A DNA stretch of 64,000 nt from Scyliorhinus canicula. Lineage: Eukaryota. Below the pieces are notes generated by a model. It did not search any database. It was not told where the DNA came from and saw only the letters and a program-made list of their open reading frames with translations. Position 1 is the first letter of the stretch; every line of letters starts with the position of its first letter. The position numbers and the translations under genes were made by a program. The stretch is from assembly GCF_902713615.1 (NCBI RefSeq), contig NC_052174.1, forward strand, positions 12,704,514-12,768,513, in the 5' to 3' direction. This document shows positions 61,253-64,000 of this stretch, in pieces.

Positions 61253-63059
61253 GGCATCCAGAATCACCCGTAGAGATTGGAGCAATCTCAGCAGCTGAGG
61301 TTTCAGTAAGGTTTGTTGGGGAGACGGGGGGTGGGGGAATGGGGGGGTGGGGGGGGAAGGGGGGGAGCGGGGGGGGGGACATGAGCGAGAAGGAAAGAGG
61401 AAATTGAGGATCTGTGGGACTCTTTACCGCAGAGAGTTGTCGAGCTGTGTTCAAGGCCGAGGGAGACAGATTTTTAATCAGTGAGGGAATCGAGGATTAC
61501 GGGGATAAGGCGGGAAGGTGGAGTTGAGGATCGGCACATTTGGATCAGCGAATGGCAGGGCGGACTCGAGGGGCCGAAGGGCCTCTTCGTGCCCCCTGTG
61601 CCTTCCGGTCTAGACAGGATCCCAGAGTTAGAACCCTCGTTCGAATATGATGACGGTGGAGGTCCTGGGGTACCAGAGAGATTTTGTGGAGTCACCTCCC
61701 GCCGGGGTGTGAGGCGTAAGAGGCCATTCGGCCCCTCGAGCCATTCACTCATGGCCGACCTGCGCCGTGGCTCCACATACTCGCCTTCGTTCCCACGCAA
61801 CAACGACGGCTGACCAAAATCCATTACTCCGATTTTAATGGAGCTGGCATTAATTGCCAGATTCGAGAGCTCTATTCGTTCGCTAAACTTAAAAGCCCAA
61901 GGGCTGTGGTGGGGATTTGAACTCTTGTGTCTGCGTCATGAGTCCCGCCATTTGGATGACCTGCCCAGTAATATAACCACGGCCTCCGCCTTCCTTGTAG
62001 GCTAAGGGCCTGGTGTAGAAAGCGTGGGTCAGGGTGCAGTCACATGACGTAAAGGATCACATGACCTGAATCTAGAGGGCAATCTTGTACTGGGCAGAGA
62101 CCTGCGTAGAGGCAAGCATGGAGACATGAATGGACATAGTTACAAGTAGTTATTAAGCATTTACTATTAAACTATACAAGTCCTACCGAATAACCGGGCA
62201 CCCTGGCAGGGCCAGGCTGACAGTGCCAAGGTACCCAGGTGCCAGAGGGAGTGTTACCACCGTACCTAATGCCCAACCATCCGGGGGGGGGGGGTCTTGG
62301 TGTCCTGGGAGACCTGTCCTGAGGCCAATATCTACCCCCCCCCCCACTCCCCCACCCCCCACCAAAACTGCACAAACAGGTCACTTGGCCATTATCCCAT
62401 TGCTGTGTGTGGGATCCTGCTGTGCGGCAATTGGCTGCCGTGCTTCCGACATCACCACAGTGACTGCACCTCAACAGAGTACTTCATTGGCGGTAAAATG
62501 TTTCTGACGCCGAATGAGGTTCAACTCCCAGCCTGGCCATTTGAGAAGTAAATTCAGTCCAGGAGGTCGAAGACTAGCGTCAGGAAAATTGATGATGAAT
62601 CTGTTGTATTTGTCGGTTAAGAACCCAACACAGTTCGCCGGTTAGCCTTCAGGGAAGGACATCTTCTGTCCTTATCCAGTCTGGGCCTACATGTGTTCCA
62701 GGCCCTCACCAAAATGGCCGCCGACTCGCTTCCCCACAAAAAGCAGTTGAGATTGGCGGCTCAGCTGAAAATTTTGAAACTGAGATTGATAGGTTGGTGG
62801 GTATTGAGGGTTATGGAGTTCAGATGCAGATCTTCCATGCTCTCATCGAATGGCTGAATGGCCTCCCTTTCTCCTTCGGCAGCCCTTTGGGGTTGAGGTT
62901 GACGTTGTTCCACTCGGTGGATCCTGAGTCCAGTCGGCAGACTCTGCCACATGCGGGGGCAGGCAGTAAATGGGCCTTGTTTGGATGGTCGTGCGATCTC
63001 TCCGATGCCCTGGGTGAAGTCTGTTGACGTGCTGGCTGCCAATCGTAGAGTCCGTCCTT

Positions 63060-63372
63060 ACAGTACAGTAGAAGGTTATTTAGCCCATCGGATCTGCACT
63101 GACCCTCCGAAAGAGCACTCTACCCAGGTCCACTCCCCTGTCTACCCCGCCCTATCCCCCTAACCCTAACCTTTGGGACACAAAGGGGCAATTGATCATG
63201 GTCAATCCATCTAACCTGCACATTGTTGGACTGTGGGAGGAAACCGGAGCACCCGGAGGAAACCCACGCAGACGTGGGGGAGAACGTGCAGACTCCGCAC
63301 AGTCACCCGAGGCCGGAATCGAACCCGGATCCCTGGCGCTGTGAGGCAGCAGTGGTAACCCACGTGGGCCGC
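63060..63372 (-). mobile_element. V-SINE/HE1-like SINE
   Basis: Core and head. Confidence 0.88.
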
Positions 63373-64000
63373 CCTCCTCTTTGGCCAGTCCCCCCAGCCA
63401 GAGTCTCGCAGAAGCCGGCTGGCCACTTTAGGGAGGATTCTAGCACATGGTTTCTGCCAGTGGAAGAGGCAGAGCCTGTGTGCCTTGTCCTTTTTATATG
63501 GGTCGTGCAGTGCCCCCTTGTGGTTATGCCACCTCTGGGTGGCCTGATTACCCATTGGTTGTGTCCTGTTCCAATGACCCATTGGTTGCTTGTCTGCTTA
63601 TCATGACATCTCTGGTGCTCCCTCTAGTGGTTACTGAGTTATAGTGTATTTACATTAACCCCTTGTGTATTTACAACGATGCATATCACTACACCCCCCC
63701 CCCGAAGTGGCTGCCCACTCCGTCAAGGACGCAAAATAAATGCCCACACTTTCGACAACTCCTACATCTTGAGTGTGAATATTAAGAGAAATAAAGAGAA
63801 TGGCGGGTTTTGGATGCATGGACATAAAAAAAAAAACGAGACACAAAAAGAAAAGATGTCAATGCACGGATCCCTCCCCAGTTCAGCTCGCTGGTCTCTC
63901 AAACCGTTTGGGCCAGCAGTCCTAACTCACAGAGCGACTTTGTGTCCCCGGCCGCTGGCTCATACAGGCTGGAACGAGATCGCGAGCAGATTCTGTCGGA

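Overview
Repeat-rich vertebrate genomic DNA, most likely a cartilaginous fish (inferred from HE1/V-SINE-type SINEs and CR1/HER1-type LINEs), with six N gaps. Four spliced protein-coding genes were reconstructed by hand from splice signals and exon phases. (1) The 5' part of centrobin (CNTROB, minus strand, 7 coding exons, running off the left edge). (2) A complete TRAPPC1 (plus strand, 145 aa), head-to-head with CNTROB, whose second coding intron is U12-type. (3) An 8-exon, ~310-aa gene of unknown function (plus strand, 30006-38077) preceded by tandem RFX X-box-like motifs. (4) A PTB-domain adaptor gene (minus strand, ~50865-55258) resembling LDLRAP1/ARH or FAM43, with an ARH-like C-terminal segment. 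The rest is SINEs, LINE fragments, a Penelope-like fragment, a solo LTR and large minisatellites, several of which appear to have grown out of internal segments of retroelements. Nearly all long ORFs in the supplied track are repeat artefacts.
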